Source: Paracoccus sp. (in: a-proteobacteria)
GTDB taxonomy: Bacteria; Pseudomonadota; Alphaproteobacteria; Rhodobacterales; Rhodobacteraceae
DNA: 64,000 bases
NCBI RefSeq assembly: GCF_047973135.1
Contig: NZ_JBKEBL010000027.1
Span: 10,071-74,070, forward strand
Direction of reading: 5' to 3'
How positions within the stretch are numbered: the first letter of the stretch is position 1; each line of letters starts with the position of its first letter. Below the pieces are notes generated by a model. The model did not search any database and was not told the DNA's origin. It saw nothing but the letters and a program-made list of their open reading frames with translations. Positions 1 through 10,495 of the stretch are shown piece by piece. A program made the position numbers and the translations under genes.

Positions 1-476
1 ATTTCCACCGCCGTCAGCCCGACGCCGCCCGCCGCGCCGGTGACAACCAGCGTTTCGCCCGGTTGCAGCGCGGCGCGGCCCGCCAACGCCAGGTGGCTGG
101 TGCCATAGGCAATCTGGAACCCGGCGGCCTGTTCAAGGCTCATGCTGTCGGGGATGCCAAGCAGGTCCGTTCCGGGCACGGCGATCAGGTCGGCCATGGT
201 GCCCGCCGTCAGAACTGCCACCCGGTCCCCCGGCGCAAAGGCGCTGCCTGGCCCGGCCTCCTGGACCACACCCGCGCCTTCTATTCCGGGGATGAAGGGC
301 GGGGTTTCGGCCTCTTGGTACTGGCCCTTCGCCTTCAGCAGATCAGCGAAATTCAGGGCCGAAGCGTGCATCCTGACCAGAATCGCATCGCCCCGCCGGA
401 CGGCCGGATCGGCGGCGCGGATGACGGGATCGCTTCCCAAAGTCTCGACAAGGGCGATTCGGGGCGTATCGGACAT
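1..476 (-). CDS. NADPH:quinone oxidoreductase / MDR family protein (5' part; runs off window start)
   Basis: Hand translation from ATG at 476: MSDTPRIALVETLG...ASALNFADLLKAKGQYQE...PFIPGIEGAGVV...LVVTGAAGGVGLTAVE, with typical QOR motifs; absent from the ORF track because it is truncated. Confidence 0.85.
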   Translation of the reverse strand, partial: MSDTPRIALVETLGSDPVIRAADPAVRRGDAILVRMHASALNFADLLKAKGQYQEAETPPFIPGIEGAGVVQEAGPGSAFAPGDRVAVLTAGTMADLIAVPGTDLLGIPDSMSLEQAAGFQIAYGTSHLALAGRAALQPGETLVVTGAAGGVGLTAVE

Positions 477-656
477 CAAAACCTCGCGGAAATAAAACAA
501 TCAGTTCACTTACTTGTCTGGACATGGCTAAAAAGACAAGTCCCGCTTGATCGGAACCTGTCTTTTTGGTTAGAAACATAGACATTAACCACACTGACAC
601 TCGCAAATTGTCGGGGGTTGAGTTAGTACCAGTATAGATTGTAACGAGGTTGGGCT

Positions 657-1016
657 ATGAAGCACGGTGTAGATGTTCATGTTGGCAAGCGTATCCGCCA
701 TCGTCGTTGGATGATTGGCATGACGCAACAGCAGCTTGCTGACAAGGTTGGGATCAAGTTCCAGCAGATCCAGAAATACGAAACCGGGATCAACCGTGTT
801 TCGGCATCCCGTTTGTGGGATATCGCGCGGGCGGTCGATGTCCCGGTCAGCTTCTTCTTCGAAGGGCTGCATGAGGGCGCGCAAACCGAAGAGGTCGAGG
901 GGGATATCCTCGCCGACAAAGAGGCCCTGCAACTGGTTCGCGCCTATTACGCGATGCCAGCCGCGCAGCGCCGCCAGATTTTCGAACTGGCGCGGGTTCT
1001 TTCCGACGCGGCCTGA
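657..1016 (+). CDS. XRE/Cro-family HTH regulator (PhrR/PraR-like)
   Basis: VDVHVGKRIRHRR...GIKFQQIQKYETGINRVSASRL...VPVSFFFEG signature of the alphaproteobacterial PhrR/PraR group. Confidence 0.85.
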   Translation: MKHGVDVHVGKRIRHRRWMIGMTQQQLADKVGIKFQQIQKYETGINRVSASRLWDIARAVDVPVSFFFEGLHEGAQTEEVEGDILADKEALQLVRAYYAMPAAQRRQIFELARVLSDAA

Positions 1017-1121
1017 CGCCGCCACTTTCCGATACCGAACCAGAGCCGCGCTTGCCGTCGGCTCTGGCAGCTTTTGCGCTGGCGCGTTAAACCTGCCCCT
1101 GACCATGTGACGGGGGCGGCG

Positions 1122-1907
1122 ATGGATGACGCGCAACAGATTATCGAAACCGCGCATCGGATGGCCGATGCCGCGCGGCATGCCATCCTGCCGTTGTTTC
1201 GCTGCGCCGGGCTGGAAGCCGACAACAAGCGTCCCGCCGATTTTGATCCGGTCACAGAGGCTGATCGTGCGGCGGAACGTGCCATGCGTGCGATTCTGGC
1301 CCAGGCCCGGCCGGATGACGCGATTCTGGGCGAAGAATATGGCCACAGCGCGGGGCGCAGCGGTCTGACATGGGTTCTTGACCCCATCGACGGCACTCGC
1401 GCCTTTATATGCGGTGCCGCTAGCTGGGGCGTGCTGATTGCGTTGCGCGACGCGCAGGGGGTCCGCTATGGCCTGATCGATCAGCCCTATACGCGCGAAC
1501 GGTTCGAGGGCGGGCTGGGTCGTGCCGTGCTGAATGGTCCGGACGGGATGCGGCCTCTGGCGGTGCGGCGCGGGGTCGGGCTGGACGGCGCGACGCTGAT
1601 GACCACCTATCCCGAGATCGGCACTCCGCCGGAATGCGCGGCCTTTCAGCGCGTCGCCTCGCGGGTCCGGCTGACGCGTTACGGGCTGGATTGCTATGCC
1701 TATGCCTTGCTGGCATTGGGGCAGGTCGATCTGGTGATCGAGGCCGGGTTGCAGCCCTATGACATCGCCGCGCCGATTGCGGTCATTCAGGCGGCGGGGG
1801 GCGTTGTCAGCGACTGGCAGGGCGGGCCTGCCGCCGGGGGTGGGCGGGTGATCGCCGCCGCGACGTCCGACCTGCATCGCGAGGCAATCGGCTTGTTGAA
1901 CGGCTGA
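1122..1907 (+). CDS. hisN: Histidinol-phosphatase, inositol monophosphatase family
   Basis: DPVTEADRAAE, ILGEE, WVLDPIDGTRAF, YDIAA motifs; start moved to ATG at 1122. Confidence 0.8.
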   Translation: MDDAQQIIETAHRMADAARHAILPLFRCAGLEADNKRPADFDPVTEADRAAERAMRAILAQARPDDAILGEEYGHSAGRSGLTWVLDPIDGTRAFICGAASWGVLIALRDAQGVRYGLIDQPYTRERFEGGLGRAVLNGPDGMRPLAVRRGVGLDGATLMTTYPEIGTPPECAAFQRVASRVRLTRYGLDCYAYALLALGQVDLVIEAGLQPYDIAAPIAVIQAAGGVVSDWQGGPAAGGGRVIAAATSDLHREAIGLLNG

Positions 1908-1957
1908 TCCGTCCGTCCTATTCATCCGCTCAACCCCACACGCGAAGGAGACGCGGC

Positions 1958-3373
1958 ATGGCTGACGACGAACGCCCCCAGCCCGAGGAAAAGCCCGCCG
2001 ACGCATCGCCCGAGCGTGACGAGGAAGACGATTTCCTGCCCCGCCGCGAGCTGCTGGAGCAGATTGACGACGCCATCGAGGCCGAGGATGCGGCGCGGCT
2101 GAACCTGCTGCTGGAACCGATGCACGCGGCCGATATTGCCGATATCATCGAGCGGCTGGACGGGGCCGGGCGTCGCGCCTTTCTTGGCCTCTATTCGGGT
2201 GAGATCGACGGCGAAATCCTGTCCGAGATCGACGAGGCCATTCGCGAAGAGGTGCTGGACGCCCTTCCGCGCGCGGTCCTTGCCGAGGCCGTCCGCGAGA
2301 TGGACAGCGATGACGTCGTTGACCTGATCGAGGATCTGGATCAGCCGGATCGCGAGGAAATCCTTGCTGCGCTGGATGAAAGCGATCGCGCCGCAGTCGA
2401 ACAGTCGCTGACCTATCCCGAATATTCGGCCGGTCGCCTTATGCAATCAGAGGTTGTTACCGCGCCCGAGCACTGGACCGTGGGCGAGGCGATCGACTTT
2501 CTGCGCAGCGCCGACTGGCTGCCGGAACAGTTCTACCATGTGATTCTGGTCGATCCGCGCCGTCACGCGTTGGGGTATGTCGCCCTCGGGCGGCTGCTGG
2601 CGTCGCGGCGCGAGGTGGCGCTGCGCGACATCGTCGAGGACAGTTTCCGCACCGTCAGCGTCTATGCCGAGGAAGGCGATGTCGCCTATGCCTTTAACCA
2701 GTATCACCTGATTTCCGCGCCGGTCGTGGACAAGGATGACCGGCTGGTCGGTGTCATCACCATTGATGACGCCATGTCCGTGCTGGACGAGGAACACGAA
2801 GAGGACATCCTTCGCCTTGCCGGTGTGGGCGAGGATTCGGCCATCACCGACACGGTTCTTGAAACCCTGCGCCAGCGCCTGCCCTGGCTGATGGTGAACC
2901 TGATCACTGCCATCGTTGCATCGCTGGTCATCGCGCTGTTCGAGGGCACGATCCAGCAGATTGTGGCGCTGGCGGTACTGATGCCCATCGTGGCCTCGAT
3001 GGGCGGCAATGCAGGCACCCAGACCCTGACGGTTGCGGTCCGCGCGCTGGCCACCAAAAGCCTGACGGGCAGCAATGTCTGGCGCGTCGTGCGGCGCGAG
3101 GCCATTGTCGGCCTGTTGAACGGGCTGGCCTTTGCGGTGGTGATGGGGATTGTCGCCTGGATCTGGTTCGACGGGGTCAATCTGGCCGCCGTGATCGGCA
3201 TCGCGATGATCGTCAACCTTGCTGTGGCGGCACTGGCGGGGATCCTGATCCCGCTGGCGCTGGAAAAGGCCGGGGCGGATCCGGCGCTGGCCTCGGGGAC
3301 ATTCGTGACGACCGTGACCGATGTGGTCGGCTTTTTCGCCTTTCTGGGCCTTGCCTCGGCCGTGCTGCTATGA
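1958..3373 (+). CDS. mgtE: Magnesium transporter MgtE
   Basis: Acidic N-domain, CBS pair (SAGRLM...VGVITIDD), MPIVASMGGNAGTQ and DPALASGTFVTTVTD motifs; GGAG RBS. Confidence 0.95.
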   Translation: MADDERPQPEEKPADASPERDEEDDFLPRRELLEQIDDAIEAEDAARLNLLLEPMHAADIADIIERLDGAGRRAFLGLYSGEIDGEILSEIDEAIREEVLDALPRAVLAEAVREMDSDDVVDLIEDLDQPDREEILAALDESDRAAVEQSLTYPEYSAGRLMQSEVVTAPEHWTVGEAIDFLRSADWLPEQFYHVILVDPRRHALGYVALGRLLASRREVALRDIVEDSFRTVSVYAEEGDVAYAFNQYHLISAPVVDKDDRLVGVITIDDAMSVLDEEHEEDILRLAGVGEDSAITDTVLETLRQRLPWLMVNLITAIVASLVIALFEGTIQQIVALAVLMPIVASMGGNAGTQTLTVAVRALATKSLTGSNVWRVVRREAIVGLLNGLAFAVVMGIVAWIWFDGVNLAAVIGIAMIVNLAVAALAGILIPLALEKAGADPALASGTFVTTVTDVVGFFAFLGLASAVLL

Positions 3374-3927
3374 GCCTCAAGGCCGATTTGCGCGCGCGGG
3401 CGCTGGCTGTGCGGGCCGGGCAGGGGGGGGACGGGCAGGCGCTGACGGCGCGGCTGCTGGCGGCACTGGCCCCCTTTGCTGGCCGGGCGCTGGCCGGGTA
3501 CTGGCCCATGCGCGACGAGGCCGATCCGCGGCCCGCCATGGCTGCCCATGAGGGGCCGCTATGCCTGCCGGTGGTGACGGGCAAGGGCGTGCCGCTGATC
3601 TTTCGGCAATGGAATGGCGGCGCGCTGGAGCCCGGTCCCTTTGGCACCTCGCATCCTGGCGAATCGGTCCCCGGAATTGTGCCACAAGTTCTGGTTGTGC
3701 CGCTTGCCGCCTTTGATCGTGCGGGAAACCGGATCGGTTATGGCGGAGGATACTATGACCGAACCCTGCAATTGCTGCGTGAAAACGGCGCGGTGACGGC
3801 GATCGGGCTGGCATTTTCCTGTCAGGAAGTTCCGGAAATTTCAGCGGAAAGCTATGATCAGCCGCTGGATATGGTGGTGACGGATTGCGAAATCATTGAC
3901 CTGCGACGTTCCGGCGCAAAAACCTGA
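3370..3927 (+). CDS. 5-formyltetrahydrofolate cyclo-ligase
   Basis: VPLAAFDRAGNRIGYGGGYYDRTL motif; ATGA overlap with mgtE. Confidence 0.93.
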   Translation: MSLKADLRARALAVRAGQGGDGQALTARLLAALAPFAGRALAGYWPMRDEADPRPAMAAHEGPLCLPVVTGKGVPLIFRQWNGGALEPGPFGTSHPGESVPGIVPQVLVVPLAAFDRAGNRIGYGGGYYDRTLQLLRENGAVTAIGLAFSCQEVPEISAESYDQPLDMVVTDCEIIDLRRSGAKT

Positions 3928-4202
3928 CGCCTGTGGCGTGGCTGCATCAGGTGTGCACAACCTTGGGATGAATCAGGGGATAACCCTGTGGACGGACCGG
4001 GAAGGTTTCTCTATAATCAAATGAAATCACACATTAAATTGTGAACGTTGCAGGCTGACGTGAAGCCCGCGCGCTGCCCTGTGTGCGAATCTCTGGTTCT
4101 GCAACCTGACGTGATGTCAACGCGCTGCGGTTACGAAAAACTCAAAAAATGTGATTGAAATTTTGGTAAACTCACGTCAGTTTGTGCGTCGTGGCGAGGT
4201 TG

Positions 4203-4218
4203 GCACAAGATGTAGTGG
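4203..4218. promoter_or_regulatory. NrdR box upstream of nrdJ
   Basis: GCACAAGATGTAGTGG fits the acaCwAtATaTwGtgt consensus and lies ~155 bp upstream of an RNR gene; a weaker second box may start at 4224. Confidence 0.75.
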
Positions 4219-4373
4219 TCTCAGACCGGCATCTAAAGAATCGACCGGCTGGCAATTCGACCCGGACTGACAGGCGGTTCGTCCGCCTGCCGCTTTTCCG
4301 CCCGTCAGCGAGGGCGGCGCCGTCCGGAAATCGGGGCCGGGGGACAGTGAAGATAAAGCTCAGAGGGGCAGGC

Positions 4374-7300
4374 ATGAAGATCGAACGGCGCTTTACCAGT
4401 GAAAAGACCGGCGCTTACGGCGAGGTCGATTTCACGACGACGACCAGCGAAATCCGCAACCCGGACGGCAAGATCGTGTTCCGCAACGATCAGGTCGAGG
4501 TGCCGCATGGCTGGTCGCAGGTGGCAAGCGACGTCATCGCGCAGAAATATTTCCGCAAGGCTGGCGTGCCAGCCGCGCTGAAACGCGTCAAGGAAAAGGG
4601 CGTGCCCGAATTTCTGTGGCGCAGCGTTGCCGACAAGGACGCGCTGGACAAGCTGCCCAAGGATCAGCGGCATGTCGGCGAAACCAGCGCCCGGCAGGTC
4701 TTTGACCGTCTGGCCGGTGCCTGGGCCTATTGGGGCTGGAAGGGCGGCTATTTCAGCAAGGAAGCCGACGCCCGCGCCTATTACGACGAGATGCGCTTTA
4801 TGCTGGCCCGGCAGATGGCTGCGCCGAACAGCCCGCAATGGTTCAACACCGGCCTGCACTGGGCCTATGGCATCGACGGCCCGAGCCAGGGGCATTACTA
4901 TGTCGATTACAAGACCGGCAAGCTGGTCAAATCCGACAGCGCCTACGAACATCCCCAGCCCCATGCCTGCTTTATCCAGTCGGTCAGCGACGATCTGGTG
5001 AATGAGGGCGGCATCATGGATCTGTGGGTCCGCGAGGCGCGTCTGTTCAAATATGGCAGCGGCACCGGCACCAATTTCTCAAGCCTGCGCGGCGAGGGCG
5101 AGGCCCTGTCGGGCGGCGGAAAATCCAGCGGGCTGATGGGTTTTCTGAAGATCGGAGACCGCGCCGCAGGGGCGATCAAATCGGGCGGCACCACGCGCCG
5201 CGCCGCCAAGATGGTGATCTGCGACATGGATCACCCCGACATCGAGTCCTTCATCAACTGGAAAGTCATCGAGGAACAGAAGGTCGCAAGCCTTGTCGCA
5301 GGTTCCAAGATGCACGAGGCCCGTCTGAACGACATCTTCGCCGCGATCCGCGCATGGGATGGCGGCATGGACGACGCGACCGACCCGACGACGAATGACG
5401 GGCTGAAATCGGCGATCCGCGCGGCCAAACGCGCGATGATACCGGAAACCTATGTCAACCGCGTGTTGCAATATGCGCGTCAGGGCTTCGACAGCATCGA
5501 ATTTCCGACCTATGACACGGACTGGGACTCGGAAGCTTACGTAAGTGTATCGGGACAGAACTCGAACAATTCGGTACGGGTGACGGACGCTTTCCTTGAC
5601 GCGGTGCGCAATGATGCCCCGTGGGAGCTGCTGCGCCGCACCGATGGCAAGGTCGCCCGGACCATCAGCGCGCGAGAGTTGTGGGACCAGATCGGACATG
5701 CGGCCTGGGCCTGCGCCGACCCCGGAATCCAGTTCCACGACACCGTGAACGCCTGGCATACCTGCCCCGAAGACGGCGCGATCCGTGGCAGCAACCCGTG
5801 CAGCGAATACATGTTCCTGGACGACACCGCCTGCAATCTGGCCTCGATGAATCTGCTGACCTTCTGGCAGGATGGTCAGTTCGACGCCGACGCCTATGTC
5901 CACGCGACAAGGCTGTGGACCGTGACGCTGGAAATCAGTGTGCTGATGGCGCAGTTCCCGTCGAAAGAGATCGCTCAGCGGTCCTATGATTACCGCACGC
6001 TTGGGCTGGGTTACGCCAATATCGGCGGCCTGCTGATGAATATGGGCCTTGGCTATGACAGCGATCAGGGGCGCGCGCTGTGCGGTGCGTTGACCGCGAT
6101 CATGACCGGCGTGGCCTATGCGACCTCGGCCGAGATGGCGTCGGAACTGGGGGCCTTTCCGGGCTACAAGCGCAACGCGAAGCACATGTTGCGCGTGATC
6201 CGCAACCACCGCGCCGCCGCGCATGGCACCGATGCCTATCACGGCGTCAATGTCCGCCCCGTCGCGATGGATGTGCAGAACTGCCCCGATCCGCGTCTGG
6301 TGGCGCTGGCCCGCGAGGCGTGGGACGAGGCGCTGACCATGGGCGAGGATCACGGTTTTCGCAATGCGCAGGCGACGGTCATTGCCCCCACCGGCACGAT
6401 CGGGCTGGTCATGGATTGCGACACCACCGGGATCGAGCCCGATTTCGCCCTGGTCAAGTTCAAGAAGCTGGCGGGCGGCGGATATTTCAAGATCATCAAC
6501 CAGTCGGTTCCCGCCGCGCTTGAGATGCTGGGCTATGGCAGTGCCCAGATCGAAGAGATCATCGCCAGTGCCGTGGGCCATGCCAGCCTTGGCAACTGCC
6601 CCGGCATCAACCATACGGCGCTGGCCGGTCATGGTTTCGGCCCGCGCGAGATCGAAAAGGTCGAGGCAGCGCTGGCCACTGCCTTTGACATCCGCTTTGT
6701 TTTTAACCAGTGGACTCTGGGCGAGGATTTCTGCACCCGCACCCTGGGCATCCCGGCTGACAAGCTGAACGATCCCGGCTTTGACCTGCTGCGTCATCTG
6801 GGCTTTACCCGTGCCCAGATCGACGCCGCCAACGACCATGTCTGCGGCACCATGACGCTGGAGGGCGCGCCGCATCTGAAGGCCGAACATTACGCGGTGT
6901 TCGACTGCGCCAATCCCTGCGGCAAGAAGGGCACGCGCTATCTGTCGGTGGACAGCCATATCCGCATGATGGCCGCCGCGCAGTCCTTTATCTCGGGCGC
7001 GATCTCCAAGACGATCAACATGCCGAACGACGCCACCATTGCGGATGCGCTGTCGGCCTATGAGCTGTCCTGGTCGCTGGGGATCAAGGCCAACGCGCTG
7101 TATCGCGATGGTTCGAAACTGTCGCAGCCGCTGGCCGCCGCTCTGGTCGAGGATGACGAGGAGGCCGAAGAAATTCTGGCTACCGGCAGCCCGCAGGAAA
7201 AGGCCGCCGTCATCGCCGAGAAGATCGTCGAAAAGATCATCGTGAAAGAGGCCGTCCGCAGCCATCGCGAGAAACTGCCGCAGCGTCGCAAGGGCTATAC

Positions 7301-8012
7301 CCAGAAAGCCATTGTCGGCGGGCACAAGGTCTATCTGCGCACCGGCGAATATGATGACGGTGCCCTGGGCGAGATTTTCATCGACATGCACAAGGAAGGC
7401 GCAGGCTTCCGGGCGATGATGAACAATTTCGCCATCGCCGTGTCCGTGGGCCTGCAATACGGCGTTCCGCTTGAGGAATTTGTTGACGCCTTCACCTTCA
7501 CGCGGTTCGAGCCGGCGGGCATGGTGCAGGGCAATGACAGCATCAAGAATGCGACCTCGATCCTTGATTACGTGTTCCGTGAACTGGCCGTGTCCTATCT
7601 GGACCGTACCGATCTTGCGCATGTGAAACCGCAGGGGGCAAGCTTTGACGATCTGGGCGAGGGCGAGGCCGAGGGGCCGAACCTTACCCCGGTCCGTCAG
7701 CAGACCGAACTGAAATCGCTGACCATGCTGAAACAGATCAGCAGCGCCGGCTATCTGCGCAAGCGTTTGCCGCAGGAATTGATGGTGTTGCAGGGCGGAG
7801 TCTCTACAGCCGCCGTCGCAACCGGCATGGCCGAAACCGCCACCGGCTTTCAGGCCGCAGCTTCGGTCAAGACCGAACTGGACGCGCGCACCAAGGCCAG
7901 GATGCAGGGATACGAGGGCGATCCCTGCGGCGAATGCGGCAACTATACGCTGGTCCGCAACGGTACCTGCATGAAATGCAACACCTGCGGCGGCACCTCG
8001 GGGTGCAGCTAA
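4374..8012 (+). CDS. nrdJ: Class II (adenosylcobalamin-dependent) ribonucleotide reductase
   Basis: [25 protein letters not shown] active site, [17 protein letters not shown]-terminal TSCPD domain and CxxC...CxxC zinc ribbon; start at MKIERRF after GAGGGG. Confidence 0.97.
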   Translation: MKIERRFTSEKTGAYGEVDFTTTTSEIRNPDGKIVFRNDQVEVPHGWSQVASDVIAQKYFRKAGVPAALKRVKEKGVPEFLWRSVADKDALDKLPKDQRHVGETSARQVFDRLAGAWAYWGWKGGYFSKEADARAYYDEMRFMLARQMAAPNSPQWFNTGLHWAYGIDGPSQGHYYVDYKTGKLVKSDSAYEHPQPHACFIQSVSDDLVNEGGIMDLWVREARLFKYGSGTGTNFSSLRGEGEALSGGGKSSGLMGFLKIGDRAAGAIKSGGTTRRAAKMVICDMDHPDIESFINWKVIEEQKVASLVAGSKMHEARLNDIFAAIRAWDGGMDDATDPTTNDGLKSAIRAAKRAMIPETYVNRVLQYARQGFDSIEFPTYDTDWDSEAYVSVSGQNSNNSVRVTDAFLDAVRNDAPWELLRRTDGKVARTISARELWDQIGHAAWACADPGIQFHDTVNAWHTCPEDGAIRGSNPCSEYMFLDDTACNLASMNLLTFWQDGQFDADAYVHATRLWTVTLEISVLMAQFPSKEIAQRSYDYRTLGLGYANIGGLLMNMGLGYDSDQGRALCGALTAIMTGVAYATSAEMASELGAFPGYKRNAKHMLRVIRNHRAAAHGTDAYHGVNVRPVAMDVQNCPDPRLVALAREAWDEALTMGEDHGFRNAQATVIAPTGTIGLVMDCDTTGIEPDFALVKFKKLAGGGYFKIINQSVPAALEMLGYGSAQIEEIIASAVGHASLGNCPGINHTALAGHGFGPREIEKVEAALATAFDIRFVFNQWTLGEDFCTRTLGIPADKLNDPGFDLLRHLGFTRAQIDAANDHVCGTMTLEGAPHLKAEHYAVFDCANPCGKKGTRYLSVDSHIRMMAAAQSFISGAISKTINMPNDATIADALSAYELSWSLGIKANALYRDGSKLSQPLAAALVEDDEEAEEILATGSPQEKAAVIAEKIVEKIIVKEAVRSHREKLPQRRKGYTQKAIVGGHKVYLRTGEYDDGALGEIFIDMHKEGAGFRAMMNNFAIAVSVGLQYGVPLEEFVDAFTFTRFEPAGMVQGNDSIKNATSILDYVFRELAVSYLDRTDLAHVKPQGASFDDLGEGEAEGPNLTPVRQQTELKSLTMLKQISSAGYLRKRLPQELMVLQGGVSTAAVATGMAETATGFQAAASVKTELDARTKARMQGYEGDPCGECGNYTLVRNGTCMKCNTCGGTSGCS

Positions 8013-8144
8013 GCTGATCGCGCGGGCCGGGGAACCGGCCCCGCAACCGAACGTCAGGCGAAGGGCGCGGGTCTCCACAGTATTTCCCCCGCGCACCTAT
8101 CGAAGCAGCCAGCCGCCCGGCAAGAGGCGCGCAGCCTGACTGCA

Positions 8145-8190
8145 CAGCCCCCCGGACCGCGGCAGCCGGTTCCGGGGGGCTGATTTTTCT
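8145..8190 (+). terminator. Rho-independent terminator after nrdJ
   Basis: Perfect 12-bp stem CAGCCCCCCGGA/TCCGGGGGGCTG followed by ATTTTTCT. Confidence 0.65.
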
Positions 8191-8244
8191 GGTGGTTCGC
8201 TGCGTCCCGCCGGAACACCCAGGCAATCGGCGGGTCGGGCAGGC

Positions 8245-8973
8245 TCAGACCGTCCAGCCACCGTCTATGATATGGCACTGGCCGGTGGTGAAACCGCTGT
8301 CCTCGCTGGCCAGATAGACGGCCAGCGCGGCGATTTCCCCGGCTTTGCCGACGCGGCCCATGGGCTGACGGGCGATGAATTCCGTCATGGCCTTGTCGTA
8401 ATCGCCTGTGGCGCGCAGTCGGTCATGCAGCGAGGGGCTGTCCACGGTGCCCGGACAGATCGCGTTGCAGCGGATGCCGCGCGTGACGAAATCCGCAGCG
8501 ACGGATTTGGTCAGGCCAATCACCGCTGCCTTGGACGCGCAATAGACAAAGCGGTTGGGCACGCCCTTCACCGAGGACGCGACCGAGGACATGTTGATGA
8601 TCGATCCCGCCCCTTTGGCCAGCATTCCGGGCAGAACCGCGCGAATCAGGCGGTACTGTGCCTTGGCGTTCAGGTTGAACGAGAAATCCCAGTCCTTGTC
8701 CTCGCATTCCAGGATCGAGCCGGCATGCACGAAACCCGCGCAGTTGAACAGCACGTCCACGGTGCCGATCTCGGCCACCAGTGCGTCGATGGCGGATTTG
8801 TCGGTCACGTCCAGTTGCCGCGCGGTTGCGCCCGCGATCGAGGATACCGTCTCGACGTTCAGGTCGGTCGCCCAGACGGTTGCGCCTTCGCGCAGATAGG
8901 CCTCGACGGTCGCGCGTCCGATGCCCTGTCCGGCGGCGGTGACAAGGCAGGTTTTTCCGGTCAGTCTTGCCAT
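8245..8973 (-). CDS. SDR dehydrogenase, 2-keto-3-deoxy-L-fuconate dehydrogenase/BDH2-like
   Basis: TAAGQGIG, NCAGFVH, NRFVYCASK (YxxxK), CNAICPGTV motifs. Confidence 0.85.
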   Translation of the reverse strand: MARLTGKTCLVTAAGQGIGRATVEAYLREGATVWATDLNVETVSSIAGATARQLDVTDKSAIDALVAEIGTVDVLFNCAGFVHAGSILECEDKDWDFSFNLNAKAQYRLIRAVLPGMLAKGAGSIINMSSVASSVKGVPNRFVYCASKAAVIGLTKSVAADFVTRGIRCNAICPGTVDSPSLHDRLRATGDYDKAMTEFIARQPMGRVGKAGEIAALAVYLASEDSGFTTGQCHIIDGGWTV

Positions 8974-8982
8974 GATCTCTCC

Positions 8983-10170
8983 TCAGGCTGGCAGGCAGGC
9001 GGGCCCGATGGGCTCGAAGCTTTTATAGGTCAGGATAAATTCGGCATGCCCAAGCGCCTCTGAGGCGGTTTGCTGGCCGCGTGCGACCTGCAGGGTCAGG
9101 TCGAAGATTTCGTCGCCCACATCGGACAGGGGCGTGCCGGACAGGATGCGACCGGCATTGACATCCATGTCATCGGCAAGGCGCGCATAGGTTTCGGGGT
9201 TGGCGCAGATCTTGATGACGGGCGCCAGCGCAGACCCCACGACCGAGCCGCGCGCCGTCACGAACAGCGTCAGATGCGCGCCCGAGGCCATCATCTCGAC
9301 GATTTCGGCATTGTCCGAGATATTTGGAAAGCCAAAGCGCACCTCGCCATCCGGGACCACATCCATCAGGTACAGCCCGCCCTTCGGGGGAATGTCGCCC
9401 GGCTTGATCAGGCCGCTGATCGCCGAACTGCCGGATTTCGCATAGGCGCCCATCGATTTTTCCTCGATGGTGGACAGCCCGCCCTCGGCATTGCCGGCGG
9501 CAAAGCTGCCATATCCCAGAGTCGCATAATAAGAGGCGGCCTTTTCGACCGATGCGGTCAGCTCCGCCGCCAGTTCCGGGGTTTTCGCCCGCGCGGACAT
9601 GATGCCCTCGCAGCCGATCAGTTCGCCGGTTTCCTCGAAGATGCAAGTCGCGCCCGCCTCGACCAGACGGTCGAAGGCCAGCCCGACCGCCGGGTTGCCG
9701 GTCAGCCCGCTGGTACCGTCGGATCCGCCGCAGACCGTGCCGACGACCAGCTCCGACAGCTCCATCGGCACTTTCTCGGCCTGTGCCAGCGCCTTGATCT
9801 GACCCGCCACCCAGTCGCGCCCCTTCTGGACCGAGGCGCGAGTGCCGCCGCTGCGCTGGATCACGATGGTCTCGACCGGTCGTCCGCTTGCCGCGATGAT
9901 CTTTTCCAGCTTGAAGCGGTTGAAGCTTTCGCAGCCAAGCGACACCAGCACGACCGCGCCGACATTTGGATGGGTGCAAAGCTGTTCCATCATCCGTTGC
10001 GCATAGTCGTTCGGAAAGCAGCCCGGAAAGCCGATCACATGCGCGCCTTCCTCGCGATAGGGCAGAACGATTTCGGTCGCGACGTGGTGGGCGCATTCGA
10101 CCAGATAGGCGACGGCGACGTGGTTGCGGATGCCCTTGCGGCCGTCGCTGCGCAAATAACCCTCAAGCAT
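8983..10170 (-). CDS. UxaA/GarD/SuyB-family dehydratase large subunit
   Basis: GYLRSDGRKGIRN, HPNVGAV, LGCE, CGGSDGTSG, GNAEGGLSTIEEKSMGA motifs; start at MLEGY. Confidence 0.88.
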   Translation of the reverse strand: MLEGYLRSDGRKGIRNHVAVAYLVECAHHVATEIVLPYREEGAHVIGFPGCFPNDYAQRMMEQLCTHPNVGAVVLVSLGCESFNRFKLEKIIAASGRPVETIVIQRSGGTRASVQKGRDWVAGQIKALAQAEKVPMELSELVVGTVCGGSDGTSGLTGNPAVGLAFDRLVEAGATCIFEETGELIGCEGIMSARAKTPELAAELTASVEKAASYYATLGYGSFAAGNAEGGLSTIEEKSMGAYAKSGSSAISGLIKPGDIPPKGGLYLMDVVPDGEVRFGFPNISDNAEIVEMMASGAHLTLFVTARGSVVGSALAPVIKICANPETYARLADDMDVNAGRILSGTPLSDVGDEIFDLTLQVARGQQTASEALGHAEFILTYKSFEPIGPACLPA

Positions 10171-10480
10171 CGCTGCCCCCCTTCGCCGTTTCGTCCAGCA
10201 CATGCGTGGCCGTATAGTCGCTTTTCATATTGTGGATATGCACATGTTCGCCTGCGGCGATGTCAGCCGTGGCCGAGCCTATGGGAACAGAGTATTTAAG
10301 GATTTTTTCGCCCCTGGCGATGTCTCGCGCGGCCACCTTGTGACCCAGAGTGACCGCCGCCAGCAGCGTGATCGGATCGCCGCCATTGACGTGGGCGGGG
10401 CCGGGGCCTGCCGGGCCGGTGGCAACCAGCACGTTGTCGCTGGCCGCCAGGCGTAACAACCCGCCTTGGGTGTTGGACAT
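10163..10480 (-). CDS. SAF-domain small subunit of a split UxaA-family dehydratase
   Basis: DNVLVA...GHKVAARDIARGEKILKY...GEHVHIHN. Confidence 0.88.
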   Translation of the reverse strand: MSNTQGGLLRLAASDNVLVATGPAGPGPAHVNGGDPITLLAAVTLGHKVAARDIARGEKILKYSVPIGSATADIAAGEHVHIHNMKSDYTATHVLDETAKGGSDA

Positions 10481-10495
10481 GCGTTCGCCTGACAA

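Noticed and set aside
3300..3400. 6S RNA upstream of the 5-FTHF cyclo-ligase gene
   Set aside because: The gene overlaps mgtE directly, leaving no space
3928..4200. Possible replication origin (DnaA-like boxes plus AT-rich tract)
   Set aside because: The boxes are degenerate and no dnaA, hemE, parAB or rep genes are nearby; better explained as the nrdJ promoter
4182..4373. N-terminal extension of NrdJ in the ORF track, or a cobalamin riboswitch
   Set aside because: The RBS and family N-terminus support the start at 4374; no B12-box consensus is visible
4374..8012. Intein in nrdJ
   Set aside because: The protein is continuous through NPCSEY and the other motifs; no splicing or LAGLIDADG blocks were seen
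5079..8096. 1005-aa antisense ORF over nrdJ, and similar long shadows (13816-16233, 24141-26768, 52864-55167, 32534-34303)
   Set aside because: Antisense shadows of high-GC3 genes with no recognisable motifs; each lies opposite a well-supported gene
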